64,000 nucleotides of DNA, from the NCBI GenBank assembly GCA_905178155.1, contig CAJINV010000001.1, positions 15,872,142 to 15,936,141 on the forward strand. Reading direction: 5' to 3'. The notes beneath the pieces are model-generated. The model was given only the letters and a program-made list of their open reading frames with translations. It made no database searches and had not been told where the DNA came from. This document shows, in pieces, positions 27,954-39,840 of this stretch; the first letter of the stretch is position 1; every line of letters starts with the position of its first letter. The DNA comes from Amoebophrya sp. A120 (Eukaryota > Protista > Dinoflagellata). A program made the translations under genes and the position numbers.

Positions 27954-30900
27954 CTACTGGTGCTGCTGCTCTTCGACGTGGTTGTAGAAACATTCATCCA
28001 ACACCGGAAAAAGCTCATTTTCGACCAGCTGGGACTCTTTTTTCGACAACTTGAGCCTGTCCAGCGCCCGATTCACCATTTCGTCGTAGGAGCACGTCTT
28101 ATTGCCCCCAAACAACCCCGCGACGCACAAGCGACACACGAAGCGCCACCACACGCCTCGCAGTCCCGGCGAGGAGGTTTTCTGGACTTCTGTGACCAGA
28201 ATTTTCCGGAGAAACACCGCAAGCAGCTCCACGGCGAGGGACTCGTTCTTCGGGATTAACCTGCGGTACATCGCGTAGAAGCACTGCGCGAGACTCGGCA
28301 ACGACTCCTCCGCTCGCCGCACGCCACCCGCCATCGCGTCCTTGGCCACCCGCTCGAAGGCCGAGTTCAGCGACTGCTCGAGCTCACACAGGTTGTCGTA
28401 GCCCCTGGAACTGAGAAGCTCCGATCGCGGAGATAGCGTGGGGGATTTATTGCTCTTCGAAGAAGTTTTTTTTGCATTTTTACTTGGAGAAGCTTTGGTG
28501 CTCGGAGACGAGCTACTGGAAGGAGACGCATTGTTGATCCCATTTGTCAAGAAATCCGGATCCGACGCCACTTCGACTTTTCGATCAATCAGCACAGTCA
28601 TCTGCCACACCGAGGTCGTCGCAAGCAGACTATCTGTCGTCGCTGCCGTGGACCCGACAGAGCTCGGCTTTGAGCCGGCGTTTCCTGAACTGCTGTCCTT
28701 CTTCGCGCTACTTGGACGCTGCTGTTTCTGGGAAGATGCACCACCACCGGTTGTCTTCGACTTGCTGTCACCATCCGCGGCGTGGTTAACTTCTTTTAAC
28801 GTCGTTGCCTTCTCCAGTTTCGATTTGGCTTTCTTCTGGTTCACCCATTGCGACGCCCGGAGATCCACGACATCCTGCAGCAAGCAGCGGATCCGGGCGG
28901 GGACAGCTTTGTCGGTCGACAACTGCGCCACCACCTGCAACACCTCGTCAAAGTGGGTCCAGTGTGGCCAAGATTGGTTGTCAAGCATCGGACCAATGGA
29001 TTCCACGAACGCGACCAAGGTTTCCAGATTTGCAGTCGCGGTGTTTTTTTCCGCGGCAGTCTTCGCGGCTTTATTAGTACTATTAGCCTCTCCTCCTTCC
29101 TGCTCCGCCGGCAGAATTTTCCGGCCGTTTTCGATCAAGTCTTGGCAGATGCAGATCGCGATCCTGCTGGCAATCATCTTCGCACGGATTAATTCTCCGA
29201 CGAACTTGATGTTTCCCAGCATCTTCGTCTTGTACTTCAGCTCCGCTTCGTACAGTTCCTCGTGTTTCAACCCCTCAAATTCCAACTCCGGCGACAAATA
29301 CTCCTCAAACGACGCCTGGCACTGGTTCAACAGGGTCCGTTTTAACGTCCCCTGCTCCGGCATGTTCTTCGCGCACAGCCAGTTGTGAATTCGCTGGCAC
29401 AATTATCCTGATTAAAAACATCCCCACACCAGAGTCAAGATGGGGACTTTGCAACACAAACCTAGGAGTTTTGGGAGTCACGCATGACAAGGTTCAGTCC
29501 GTAAGGTAGTGCAAGTTAGCAAGCAAAGCCGCATCACAAATCGATTTGCTGATCCTGTTTACAGCATTACAAGTTCCCAAACACGATTGGAAATGCCTGT
29601 CATGGGGTTGCGCATCACAAATGTTCCTGTCATGGCAAATCTGCATGACAACTGTGGTGTGGGGACGTTTTTACTCAGGATAACAATTGCGTGTACAGTT
29701 GCACGAAGTGGTGCTGCGTCGTTGCGATCTGGAAAACCATCGCGATCAGTTTCGGAATGCCGACGGAGACATCTTCGTGCGTTTCGAGGAGTTCTAGGAG
29801 ATTTGTGGTAACCGATTCGAATTTTTCAAACGTAATTTTGTTCAGCAAGCCTTGGATTTTCCGCTCTCATATCAAATGTAAAAATGTCTGGGTCTGGAAG
29901 AATGCAACTTGTCATGCTAAATCTGAAGCATGCAAAAATCTGTGTTGCATGATTGCCAAAAGTCGTCCAGTTTTGCCCAAGTCGGGAGGGAGTTTCTCAT
30001 GCAGGATAGGCATGAGAGAGATTACGCAGAATCTGTCATCCATGCTAGGTCCTGCATTCCAGGCTTCATGGGTCATGGAAAAGCTGCATGACAAACCGCG
30101 CATTCTTCCAGACCCAGACATTTTTACATTTGATATCCCAACAGGCGACGCTGTCGCTCGCGTAGTGCGATCCCTGCGTTTTCATCCAGCTGTTGCTGCT
30201 GGCTTTCATCAATTTCTGGATCTCCTGTTTCTTTGTCGCGGACGAAACGGGTTTGCTGCCCGACAACTTGCTCCCGGTACCTTGTTCACCCCGGGAACTA
30301 CGCCAGGCGCCGCTGCCCGAAGCGTTGCCACGCTTCTCGTTGTCGAGATCTTCGTAAAGCTTTGTGGTCCAGGGGCGAACATTCGGCTGCGGCTTCTTGT
30401 TGAAGACAGGCTGAAACTGCAGCATCTCCGTACGCTGAAAATTTGGAATTTCCTTTGCAGCTTTGTCTGATAGTACTAACTTGGTCATCCATGGTGCAAC
30501 TGGAGCAGCACTAGCTCGGGGATGGAAACGGAATCATGATCATCGGTAGATGATGACGAAGGAAAGCTCAGACTGAATGAAACTTTTACGTGGACAAAAC
30601 TTAAACTTTTATACCGTGTATGTTCTGAACTTGAGTGCCACTTCACTAAACACCGGCTGTTGCTTCGGTAGTTTTTCTGGTGTGCTTTGCACCGATTGCG
30701 AAGATAGCGACTTTGCGGGCGTAGACAAGCGCTCTGAATCGGACCGGCTGATCGATCGGCTAATCATTCCGCTCTCGTCCAAACTACTACTCTTGGCCGG
30801 CGTAAACTGCTCGGACCCGCTAGTAGCCAGGAGTGGTGAATCGAGCAAAAGGTCGGGCGTTTCAGCCTGAATACGAATAGGATCAGGATGTTGAGCATAT

Positions 30901-33900
30901 TTATATTATTTGAAACTCTTCTTCATGAAAAAGGACAACATGATCCATTGAGGCCTTCACAAACCAAACTAAGAATACCCGGAGCGATGAACCCGTTTCT
31001 TCCGAATCTGAGGAAGAGAGTGTCAAATCGTCTACCCGCGGATTCATCAACTTTTCCTCCACCGTGGCAAGCTCTGTTTAACGTTTTGATGTTGTTGACA
31101 TGCGGCCATTGCCAATGCAGAAAGCTATGTACTTCTACTCGTGCGTTTTATGATCTCAAATCAAAAACATTAACATTCACTTTCCTTACCTGTAGCCACT
31201 TCTGTCAAGTAATCCCCGACTTTTGGGTTGTCCAGTTCGAAATACTCGAGAAACGCAATCCGAAACTGCTTGATTTCGGAAAAAATGTCCGGCTGCCACC
31301 GTAGCACACGCTCCTTCACTAAAGCGGCCAAGGTCCGCTTCACCAAGTCAGCTCGGCGATAGTCGTCAGCGCCCAGGCAGAGCAGGTGTTGCGTCTGTGA
31401 TTTTGATAAAGCAGAGATAGAGTTCAGGACGAGACATCTTCATGTTATCATGTCAATGCACTTTTCAGCTGCCAGCGCGAATGCAGGCATACGATCCACA
31501 GCCAAGAGTGATCATAGGTCCAGCATATCACTACAAAAAAGATGACCGTACGATATCCTGTGCGGAATTGCATCTGAGACCCAGATAGTCTTCCACCAAC
31601 AACCGGCTGTCGCCATCGTCCGCAAAATACTCGCAGAGCTGCCGAATCTCAACACGATCCGCAGCGGCGAGCGTGCCCTCGCGGCACAAAACAATGTCCC
31701 AGTTCGCGGCGGATTTTTCTTCTTCGCCAGCTGTTTCTTCCTCGGCTTCAGAGATTTTTTCGATGGAAGTCGTTTCCTCCGAGTCCGCCTCGACTAGTCG
31801 TTCAACACTGGTGCTAGTGGCTTCCATATCTTTGCAGCTCTCGTCGTCTGCAGCGTCCTCCGCACTGTTAATTTCCTCAGTTCTTTCACTTTGAATTTCT
31901 TCATCGTCGTTTTGTACTGGATTGTCTTCCTTGTCCTCCAAACTTGTTTCGGAAGGCGGTGCTTCATCCTTCTCAGCAGCGGAAGGCGTGTGAAAGGGAG
32001 CATACCCATCGTCCGAAGAATCGGTATCAGAATAGGCATCCAGGTTGAAGGGTAAAGCAACGTCCTTCAAATAACCTGCCAAGTGCGGAAACAGGCCTCC
32101 CTGACCGTCGGCAGGTGCATCTTCTTGGTTCCCCAGGAGACCACCGTCCATGGGGGCCTCAGAAAGTTGCGCCGCAGGTGCGTAAATGTCGCCCTGCTGG
32201 ATGAAACTTTGGTCATCCACCGGGCTGGCTAACAACGAGGAAACGTTCGCGGAGAATTGGTCGGCCGTGAGGCTCGGCACCTGAAAAAATGAAAATGTTG
32301 TTCATCAATTTTCGTTGCCACCGGCAGCGACTCAAATTTGCGTGTGAAATACTAACTCAAAGTGGATTTAACAGAAGCAAAACAAACTCAAACCTCTGGC
32401 AGCGCTGGCGTCGCAACCGAAGACGGCGGAACCACGAGGGAAACATCCAACGAGCAGTCTAAGAGACTGGTGCACTGCGGCGTCGTCAAATCGGAAATTC
32501 CGGTCTGGTCCATCGTGTTCAGCAACGCAGAGGAACCTTCCAACGTGCTCGCGGTGGCGCTGCTGGCCTCCAACGGGTTGTAGGTGTAGCCACCGTGGTT
32601 GTTGTACAAGTGTCCACTTGTATTGCCAGTATTGGATGAACCTAACACAGCCACGTCGTCCGGGCCCGGCGGTCCCGAAGCGAAATTGCCATCAGCAACC
32701 GAAGATCCGAGGTCAGAACTTCCTAGCCCCGCACCCGTTAATTCAACATGACCGTCGTCGGCGACTGCACCGCACGGTCCTCCGTTGGTGTTGTTCTTCG
32801 AAGGCTTCACCGGTGTCTGCAGCAACACACTGGTGGTTGTGCAATCCACTGGCACTGTGGTGTTCGCAGTTTCGTTTTCTTCGTCGGAATTGTCCTCTTC
32901 GCAAGAGTCGCCGTCCGAACTGGATGAACCGAAAAATCGCTGGATGTCATCATCCGTCGCAATCGGGCCCTGGTAACTCGCCTCTTTCGGGACGAAAGCA
33001 GCCGCCTCCGGGTTAAACGGAAACGCCTTCTGCGGCGTCTGCGCACGCCCGATGATGAGGTCTGCCAACGAGGTGACATTCTGCTGCCGATCGATCCGCC
33101 CGCCGTTCATCAGCATGTCGATCTTGTCCGGCGTTTTACTGGTTGACGCCGTAGGAACAACTCCTTCGGAAGTCGCAAGATCTTCGCCGTCCGCGAACGG
33201 CATCGTCGCTGGCTCCGCGAAGGGTGTGGAAACCAACACCGGGACGGTGTTATTTCGCACCATTTCTGGCGACTGAAGCTGGGGGGTCTTTGCCCGCACC
33301 TCTTCGCGCGGGCTGAAGGTAAACTGGTGGCCTGGTGGAAATGGACTGCCGCTGAGCGGATTGTCAAGTAGGTTTCCCATGTCCAAAGGCTGGACCAGGT
33401 CCAAGAACGAGGCCCCCTCCCGGAACTCCAGCAAGGAGGAGGTTGCATCCAACAACATCGCTGTCCTGGGGTCGGACGCGGTCGTCGGGGGTGAAGAAAG
33501 AGTTGAATTTGTGTTCGTGCTGTCCAACAACATGTCATTCGTACCGGAAATGGTTGTGGATGGCACAAGGCTGCAGAGATCTGGACTCGCAAAGGCATTG
33601 CCGACGGTTGTTCCTGGAACAAGGTCGGGATTATCAGTGGCAGTTGCAATATGGTCTTCGGCAACTGGAAATTGATCTATTTGATCGGAAGCAGAGTCGA
33701 GTTTTTCTGTCGAATTTTCCTCCAAAACCAGCTTCCACCGTCCCTGGATGATGTCAGGGAGCACTTGGGATGAGGATGAGCCGTCTTCTGCTGCATCAAC
33801 CTCGTCACCCGAGTCGTGCAAGTCCTCCTCATGTTCGTGAAACTCATATTGTTTGCGATTGAACTTTCCGCCCTTGCATTCTTTGGAGGCCGCCTTGCTG

Positions 33901-35230
33901 TAGTCCTTCGCGCTTGTGCCAAAATCATCACGCCTCGTCCACCATCCCTCCGATTTACTCTTCATCGCTCCACCCTTCGAGGATTTTTTTTCCTCACTGG
34001 GAGAGTGGGGCTCACCGCTCCACGCTTCGTGTTTGCCATGCGTGTAACGTCTGTAATTGTCCTTCTGGTTGTAGTAGCTGTGATAATTATCATAGTAGAA
34101 ATCTTTGTGCCCGACTGCTTTCCCGCCATGATCCTTCTTCCAGGACCCCTTTGCTCGTGCTTTCCACATGGAAGAGGAAGCTGAATCGTTCTTGCTTGAT
34201 GAATAGTGCGACTTCTTGTTTTTTGTGCCTCCCTTCATCTCTTTTTCAGCAGGAGAAGCGGTTCCTTCCTGGAGACCTTCGCCACTGGAAGCGGCAGCGG
34301 ATGAGGACGAGGCGGATTGTTGCACAACTTCACCGTCTTCGGGAATGGTCGCCAGCGTCTTTTTCATTCGGTTGTTTTGCGTTGCTTTCGACTTGGATTC
34401 CGCCCGCAAGACGAAACTGTCCTTTACACGGGCCCACGCACTGCCTTCATTCTTTGAGGTGGATGAGTCTGCGGTGCTGGCGCCCTGGAATGTTTTTAAC
34501 AATTCACTCTCAGTAGATTCCATTTGAACAGCCAAGAGCAAGAGCAAGAGCTTGAGCTAGAGCTGTTTTCCATTTGCATGAAAGTAGAGAGGTTGCAAGC
34601 ATGCCAAGCGCGGCAGCATGGGCTCCTGCCGCATTCATCAAAAGCAGCCAACTACCAGGTCCAGGCAATGATAAACTAACAAATTGCCTACCGCCGGAGC
34701 CGTTCGGATGGAGCTTTTCCTGCTAGAAACAGGTGAAGACTTTTTGTCGTCGGCATCTCCGAGATCCTTGGATGCCGTTCCTTTTGCCAGCTTTCTTGAT
34801 GTCCACTGGTGTTCTTTGCCACCCTTGTATTTCCCGTGGGCATACTGCGGTCCTGCCTTCCCTTCCCCTGAATCAACTTGCAGCTGCGACGAAGCATGGT
34901 GGCCCTTTTTGCTGTACGCTCCCCCGCGCTTTTTTCCGTAACCCTTCCTCTTATCAGAATCCCCATGCTCAGCTCTATTGTTGGCGTCGCGAGATGGGTC
35001 TTCGACTTGCTCAACGTCCGTCTTCGTGTTGGGCATCTCCGTCTCCTCAGACTCGCTTACCTTCTTCCAAACGCCTTGCTTTGATTTCATCTCTGTAAGA
35101 AAAAAACGACGACGATTCCAAAACTGAAAAGCCGCGGATCAGTCGTACGCTCCGGAACCAAAAGCACAGACAGCTACAGCACCGATGGCTTTTACTGATG
35201 CTCACCGTGTATGTCGGATAGCAATCTCAT
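27954..35230 (-). CDS. eIF4G-like protein (MIF4G domain with upstream MA3-like domain); 2 introners plus several introns; 5' exons less certain
   Basis: After removing the elements the MIF4G core reads WERKIQGLLNKITFEKF...HHFVQLYTQLCQRI...LLNQCQASFE...KMLGNIKFVGEL. MA3-like exons near 31.2-31.7 kb (IRQLCEYFADDGD...FELDNPKVGDYL). Confidence 0.75.
29404..29682. mobile_element. Introner/MITE-like element, family B (279 bp)
   Basis: Family B TIR; perfect direct repeat ACAAT; near-identical to 21968-22246; splits YTQL|CQR of MIF4G. Confidence 0.95.
29870..30135. mobile_element. Introner/MITE-like element, family A (266 bp)
   Basis: Perfect 36-bp TIR TATCAAATGTAAAAATGTCTGGGTCTGGAAGAATGC; direct repeats TCTCA/TCCCA; colinear with 19168-19429. 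Confidence 0.95.
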
Positions 35231-35639
35231 CCAACATCATTGCGTGACGACGGTTTCAGCGTTTGATCTGCTACTTGACGACGTTCCTTCATGCGGTAAA
35301 GAGTTTATTTAAGTTTCTATACATAGCAAAAGCAAACACATCAATCATACGAGTACACACAACAGCTTCCTCAAATGTTGTGCTGCGCCAAGATTCCTGC
35401 AACGACTGTATGCCACACTCAGGAGCCACTGACTCCGGCAGAAGCAGAACACGGACCTGGACCTCGCCTGCCAATAAGGCGGGCACGAGAAGGATTCTCG
35501 TCGAACGAGCCAAGAGTCTGTTGGCCAACATGGCTACAGAGAGAAATGAGCGCGCCAGACCTCATGATCAGCGCGGCCCATAGTAGAGTACTCACATCTT
35601 CATATCATTGCCAACGCCCACGGGGCTAACAACTAGCGC

Positions 35640-37290
35640 ATGGCGGCCAACAAAGGTAGCGAACTACAGCGCCACTGCAGGCGCCACAGATAGAACACCC
35701 GCGCGCCGGAGCAGGTGCTGGCAGGACACGCCGCGCCATCAAGAGCAAGATCCTAGGGCAGCGCGGTCATTTTTCAAATAGCCTGCGCAAAGCACGAGGC
35801 AGTGCACAGGCAGGCTGCCAAACGCGGGGGCCGGCCGGCCAGACGGCGCGAACATGCAGGCCCGAGGCACCAGGCGCGGGCCCGGGCGAATTTGCGCCGT
35901 ATTTGCGGCGCTGACGTCGCGCGCGGGCCCGCTTGCGCCGCCGGCCGGCGCGTCGCACTAACGGAGAGTCGCTGTCTGGTCGTCTTTGTATTCCTGAGCG
36001 GTCATCCCACGCGCCGTCGTGAAAAGCGAAATTCTCGCTGAAGCAGCTTTTCTACCAGAGCAGCAACTTCGCCGGGAGTTGGGGCGCCGGAGGCGGCGCA
36101 CCGTGGCTGCGGCCTTAGCGGGCGGGCCCCGGCGGCCCATATCCGCAACCCCCCGGGGTGCGGAGCGGCCGGCAGCCGGCGGGGCGCGGCGCGGGGTGGC
36201 TGCGTGGGACAAGAAAGGACGCGCGGCCCGGCCCCCCTTGCTTCGCCCTCCTTGGAGAAACCGGCCGCCACCCCGAACCACACCGCGGCGCCATCCCCTT
36301 TCCGCAGAGACAGCTGCGCGCCGTAATGCCACTCCTTGCCGGAGGCGGCCCCGCGCCCGGACTGCTTCCCGAGGGCCCCCGGGGCCCGGCCGGTCGCGAG
36401 GCGGCGCGGCAGCAAGCTGCCCCGCTACGTACAGGGCGCAGGCGCGGGGGGCGGGGCCCAGCGGGCAAAGGCCCCCCATGATAACACGCCGGGCGGGGCG
36501 CGCCCCCCTTGCTGGTGGGGTGGCACATCGCGCGCGCGACGTACTGCGCCCTCCCGCGGCCCGAAGCCCGGCTGCGGTGTCTGCATGGACAGGCCGCTGC
36601 TTCCCCGGCGCCAGGGCCCCCGCGGCGCCCCCGCACCGGCGTCGCGGATGACCTAGGCAGGCGCCGGCCGGGCAAGTGCGCCAGGCTGTTGCCCGCCCGC
36701 GCGCGCACAGGTGCGCGCGAAGGCCTCCAACTATTTCAACACAGGGGCCCCCGGGTTCGCGCGGATGTGGCGGCGTCCACGGAAGCTCCTGGGCGCGTGG
36801 GGGTAGCGCAAAAACTTGGCCGCTTCGCATTGGCCCTCCCCCGGATTTCCGTACCCAAAGCAGCCAACAGCACCACAGGCGCCAGCCGAACAGGTCGGCG
36901 AGTTCCACCAAAGCCCCGACCGGCGCCGGCGGTTTGCGCGGGCGGGTAAGCAGCGGCGACCTGCCTTCTTCTCACGCGCGGGGCTGCCCCGGGCCGAGTA
37001 AGTTGCCTGCCCCCGGGCGGCGGTTCCCCCGCCCCCGAGAGTGCGCTGCTGCTGCCTGCGCGGCTCATGTCGGCCGTCCGCGATTTGTCGCCGCCGCATC
37101 CTGGCCGTAGCGTGGCAGCCCACCCACAACGCAAAACAGCCGGCAGAGCTACAACACCCAACCGCCGCCCTGGCTCTTGCATTTGCAGCGCACTGCCAGC
37201 GCGAACTGCTACAGATTTTGGGCATCGATCACGCGGGTGCTGCTCTAGAGTGTATGCCGCGGCACTCGGCTCCCCAGTCACGCTGTCAGC
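35640..37290. other. Extremely GC-rich island of unknown origin (possibly decayed element or pseudogene)
   Basis: Two 60-nt lines counted give 75% and 82% GC, well above the flanks. ORFs in all frames are R/G/P/A-rich with no recognisable domain. Boundaries approximate. Confidence 0.6.
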
Positions 37291-37654
37291 GTAAGGAACA
37301 CTCTTTAATATCTTCGGCCTCGTGAGTGGATCGAGGCATCAACAAAGAGACAATGGCCATGCTTCAACCACTGATTCCGTTCCAGCTTCGAGGCTTTTGG
37401 AGCTTGCACCCGTCGCGCTTTCAAATTCGGTTTGTATTTCAGTTTTTTTTTTTTCAGTTTCATCTTCACAATTCTTGCGTCATAGACAAAGCGACTCCGA
37501 GTCTAAATCTAAATCGCGTCAAACGCCTGTAATGTTCTTCACACACTTGCACTTAGCCGCGCAACTTCGGGACCTCATCTCGGTGCTACCGCTACGGACG
37601 ACATTCATCGAGAAGCACCCGGATACTATTTCGTGGGCTTTTCTTTCCCTAAAA

Positions 37655-39283
37655 TCATCCCGCCACCAATTGATTTCCAAATTCCTGCGCAAACGTCGCG
37701 AGAAGCGATGAAAACTGGCGGATCTCTCCCGTCCTCACCCAATCGACCAGCTTTTTCAATTTTCCGACCTCGTCCTCAACCTTCGCAGACCCCCCTCGCT
37801 TTTCCGACCAGCTCCAGTACAAATCTTCTGCCAAATTTGTCCAGGCGCGAAGCTCGAGCATCTCAAACCGCGACAGCAGCTTTGCATCCGCATCATCCGC
37901 AACCGCAAACGCCGCACCGTAGTCAGTCAAAACCGCGTGGGCCACCGAATCCGAAGAGTTCTTTTCCATTACCCTTTTGCAGATTATGTTATGGGCGTAC
38001 ATATCCCCGTGGAATAAGTTCCGCGTTCGCAAAAACGCCCCGGCTTTCGCAATGTCGCGGCAAATTGAAACAATGTCGCGGGTACTACTCACCGCAAACA
38101 GACTCGCGGACTCAAACACGTCCCGGGTAATCGACGCCATACTGGGCGTCTGGCCGAGAGGGATGTAGTTTTCCAGTAAAGAAGTGACCACGCCGATCAC
38201 GTGCTTCCCGCTGCTGTCCGCGACTAGCCCGAGTGGTTGGATCGTGGTTTCGCAGAGCTCGGTCGCCGAGCCGATTCTGCGCAGAATGTTCAGCTCATGC
38301 CTGCTGTCGCCATCAGTCGTCACTCCAGCTTTGAAAATCTTCACTGCGACAACCTGATCCGAGGTCCGCAGCTTGGACTGCAGCACTACGCCAGAAGCGC
38401 CGCCGCCAAGCACTTTTGCTTCTGAATCATGGGAGTCAGCACTATCAGTGTAGACGTAGATGTCTCTGTCCGGCAAGTACTTCAAGCAAAGATCTTTCTC
38501 GAGATCTAGGAGCGGGAGAGCCTTTTTGGCTCCATTTTCCAGACTCGCTGAAGATGCCGTGACAGTGGTTCCAGAAACTTGCTGCGTAACATCACAGCCT
38601 TGCCCCTCGACCAACCACGGCAGCGGATTCCCGCTGAAAGCAGTCCAAGCGAGCTTCGGGCAATCGTCAAAAAATGCCGATGGAAGCTCCCTAATCTGAT
38701 TGTCGGAAAGCCGAACCAGTTCCAGAGCTGGAGGAAAGCTAGGCGGTAACGCTTTCAAGCGATTCCCGGTCAACAGTAGCTTCCGCACGCTCCGAAAAGT
38801 CTTGCCAAATTCTGACGGCAAAGCTTCAATGCGATTATTTGTCAGTGTCAGCCAGGTGAGGTTGTACAGGACAGGACTCGGCTGTACTAGAGACGCTGCT
38901 GGTACTAGTTGCAGCGCTCTCAATCCGCAGTGCCGCATTGCTAGCATGTAGAGACTGGGCACAGAGCTCACCAGCTCGAAAGGAAAATCTTCCACTTGGT
39001 CCAGCGCTGCAGCAAAGAGAATTCGCAACCCTTCCCAGGTCTTCAAAGCGTTCAAATCCTTAATCTCTGGATTCCTCCCCACATCCAGGACCTGCACCGA
39101 TGTGTCTGGTGGTAGTGTCGCTAAATCATTGAGGTTCTTCGCCTGCAAGTCCAGCTTTTTCATCCCCTGAAAAGTTGTACACGTGTAGGCCGTCATTTTG
39201 GCTTGTGAAGTTTTATCGCCCGCTTCGACGGTGGGCGGGAACGACGAGGGAACGGAACCAGTAGCACTGGACACGACAGTCAT
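37655..39283 (-). CDS. Leucine-rich-repeat protein kinase (bacterial-type LRR-kinase family), intronless
   Basis: LRRs (LTWLTLTNNRIEALP, VRKLLLTGNRLKALP, LELVRLSDNQIRELP), then kinase motifs LGGGASGVV, VAVKIFK, HGDMYAHNI and LTDYGAA. Confidence 0.85.
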   Translation of the reverse strand: MTVVSSATGSVPSSFPPTVEAGDKTSQAKMTAYTCTTFQGMKKLDLQAKNLNDLATLPPDTSVQVLDVGRNPEIKDLNALKTWEGLRILFAAALDQVEDFPFELVSSVPSLYMLAMRHCGLRALQLVPAASLVQPSPVLYNLTWLTLTNNRIEALPSEFGKTFRSVRKLLLTGNRLKALPPSFPPALELVRLSDNQIRELPSAFFDDCPKLAWTAFSGNPLPWLVEGQGCDVTQQVSGTTVTASSASLENGAKKALPLLDLEKDLCLKYLPDRDIYVYTDSADSHDSEAKVLGGGASGVVLQSKLRTSDQVVAVKIFKAGVTTDGDSRHELNILRRIGSATELCETTIQPLGLVADSSGKHVIGVVTSLLENYIPLGQTPSMASITRDVFESASLFAVSSTRDIVSICRDIAKAGAFLRTRNLFHGDMYAHNIICKRVMEKNSSDSVAHAVLTDYGAAFAVADDADAKLLSRFEMLELRAWTNLAEDLYWSWSEKRGGSAKVEDEVGKLKKLVDWVRTGEIRQFSSLLATFAQEFGNQLVAG

Positions 39284-39840
39284 CGTGCTGGGTTACTTAA
39301 TACGATGATTTCGGAGCAAAGCCTGATCGTGGTCCTGTTGTCTTCTTGGAAGCTGCAGAACTTCAACTTCTAGCCTTCTATCTCATTACGGTCACGGATG
39401 TTTTTGATCCGTAGCTTGAGGATGACGATCGAGGTGGCATTCACCTTTCTTGATCTGCTTTGAGATCTGAAAAGCAGAGGTTGTGTGAGAACCACGAAGC
39501 GAAACGAACACAGCGAATGAAAATTGCAAGAACTACTGCTTCAAGGCACACGCACAGGTAGCACATTCTCCTTCTCGATTGTTCATGCAGGGCTGAAACG
39601 AAAAAAAAGTTCAAAAAGCAGACTCGCATTTCTACTCCTCGAAAATGCCGCCAGCCGATAGAGGCCGAGATTATCCGCAAATCTTGCTCGATCTTCAGCT
39701 GAAACCTTCGCAGTTCGTCTGACGCCTGTGCATGGCATGGCTTCAAGAAACATAAAAGTGAAAATGAATTCAATGTCAATGGAAACTGAAAGAATACAGA
39801 AGTGTCAAGAAACATCAAAAACCCATTCATCTAGTCATTT

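Noticed and set aside
19225-30470. Repeated peptides in the ORF track (IKCKNVWVWKN, LPDPDIFTFD, ILTLVWVRFYSGY, MGGGIFPFDK) as a protein family
   Set aside because: They are translations of the element TIRs, not conserved protein motifs.
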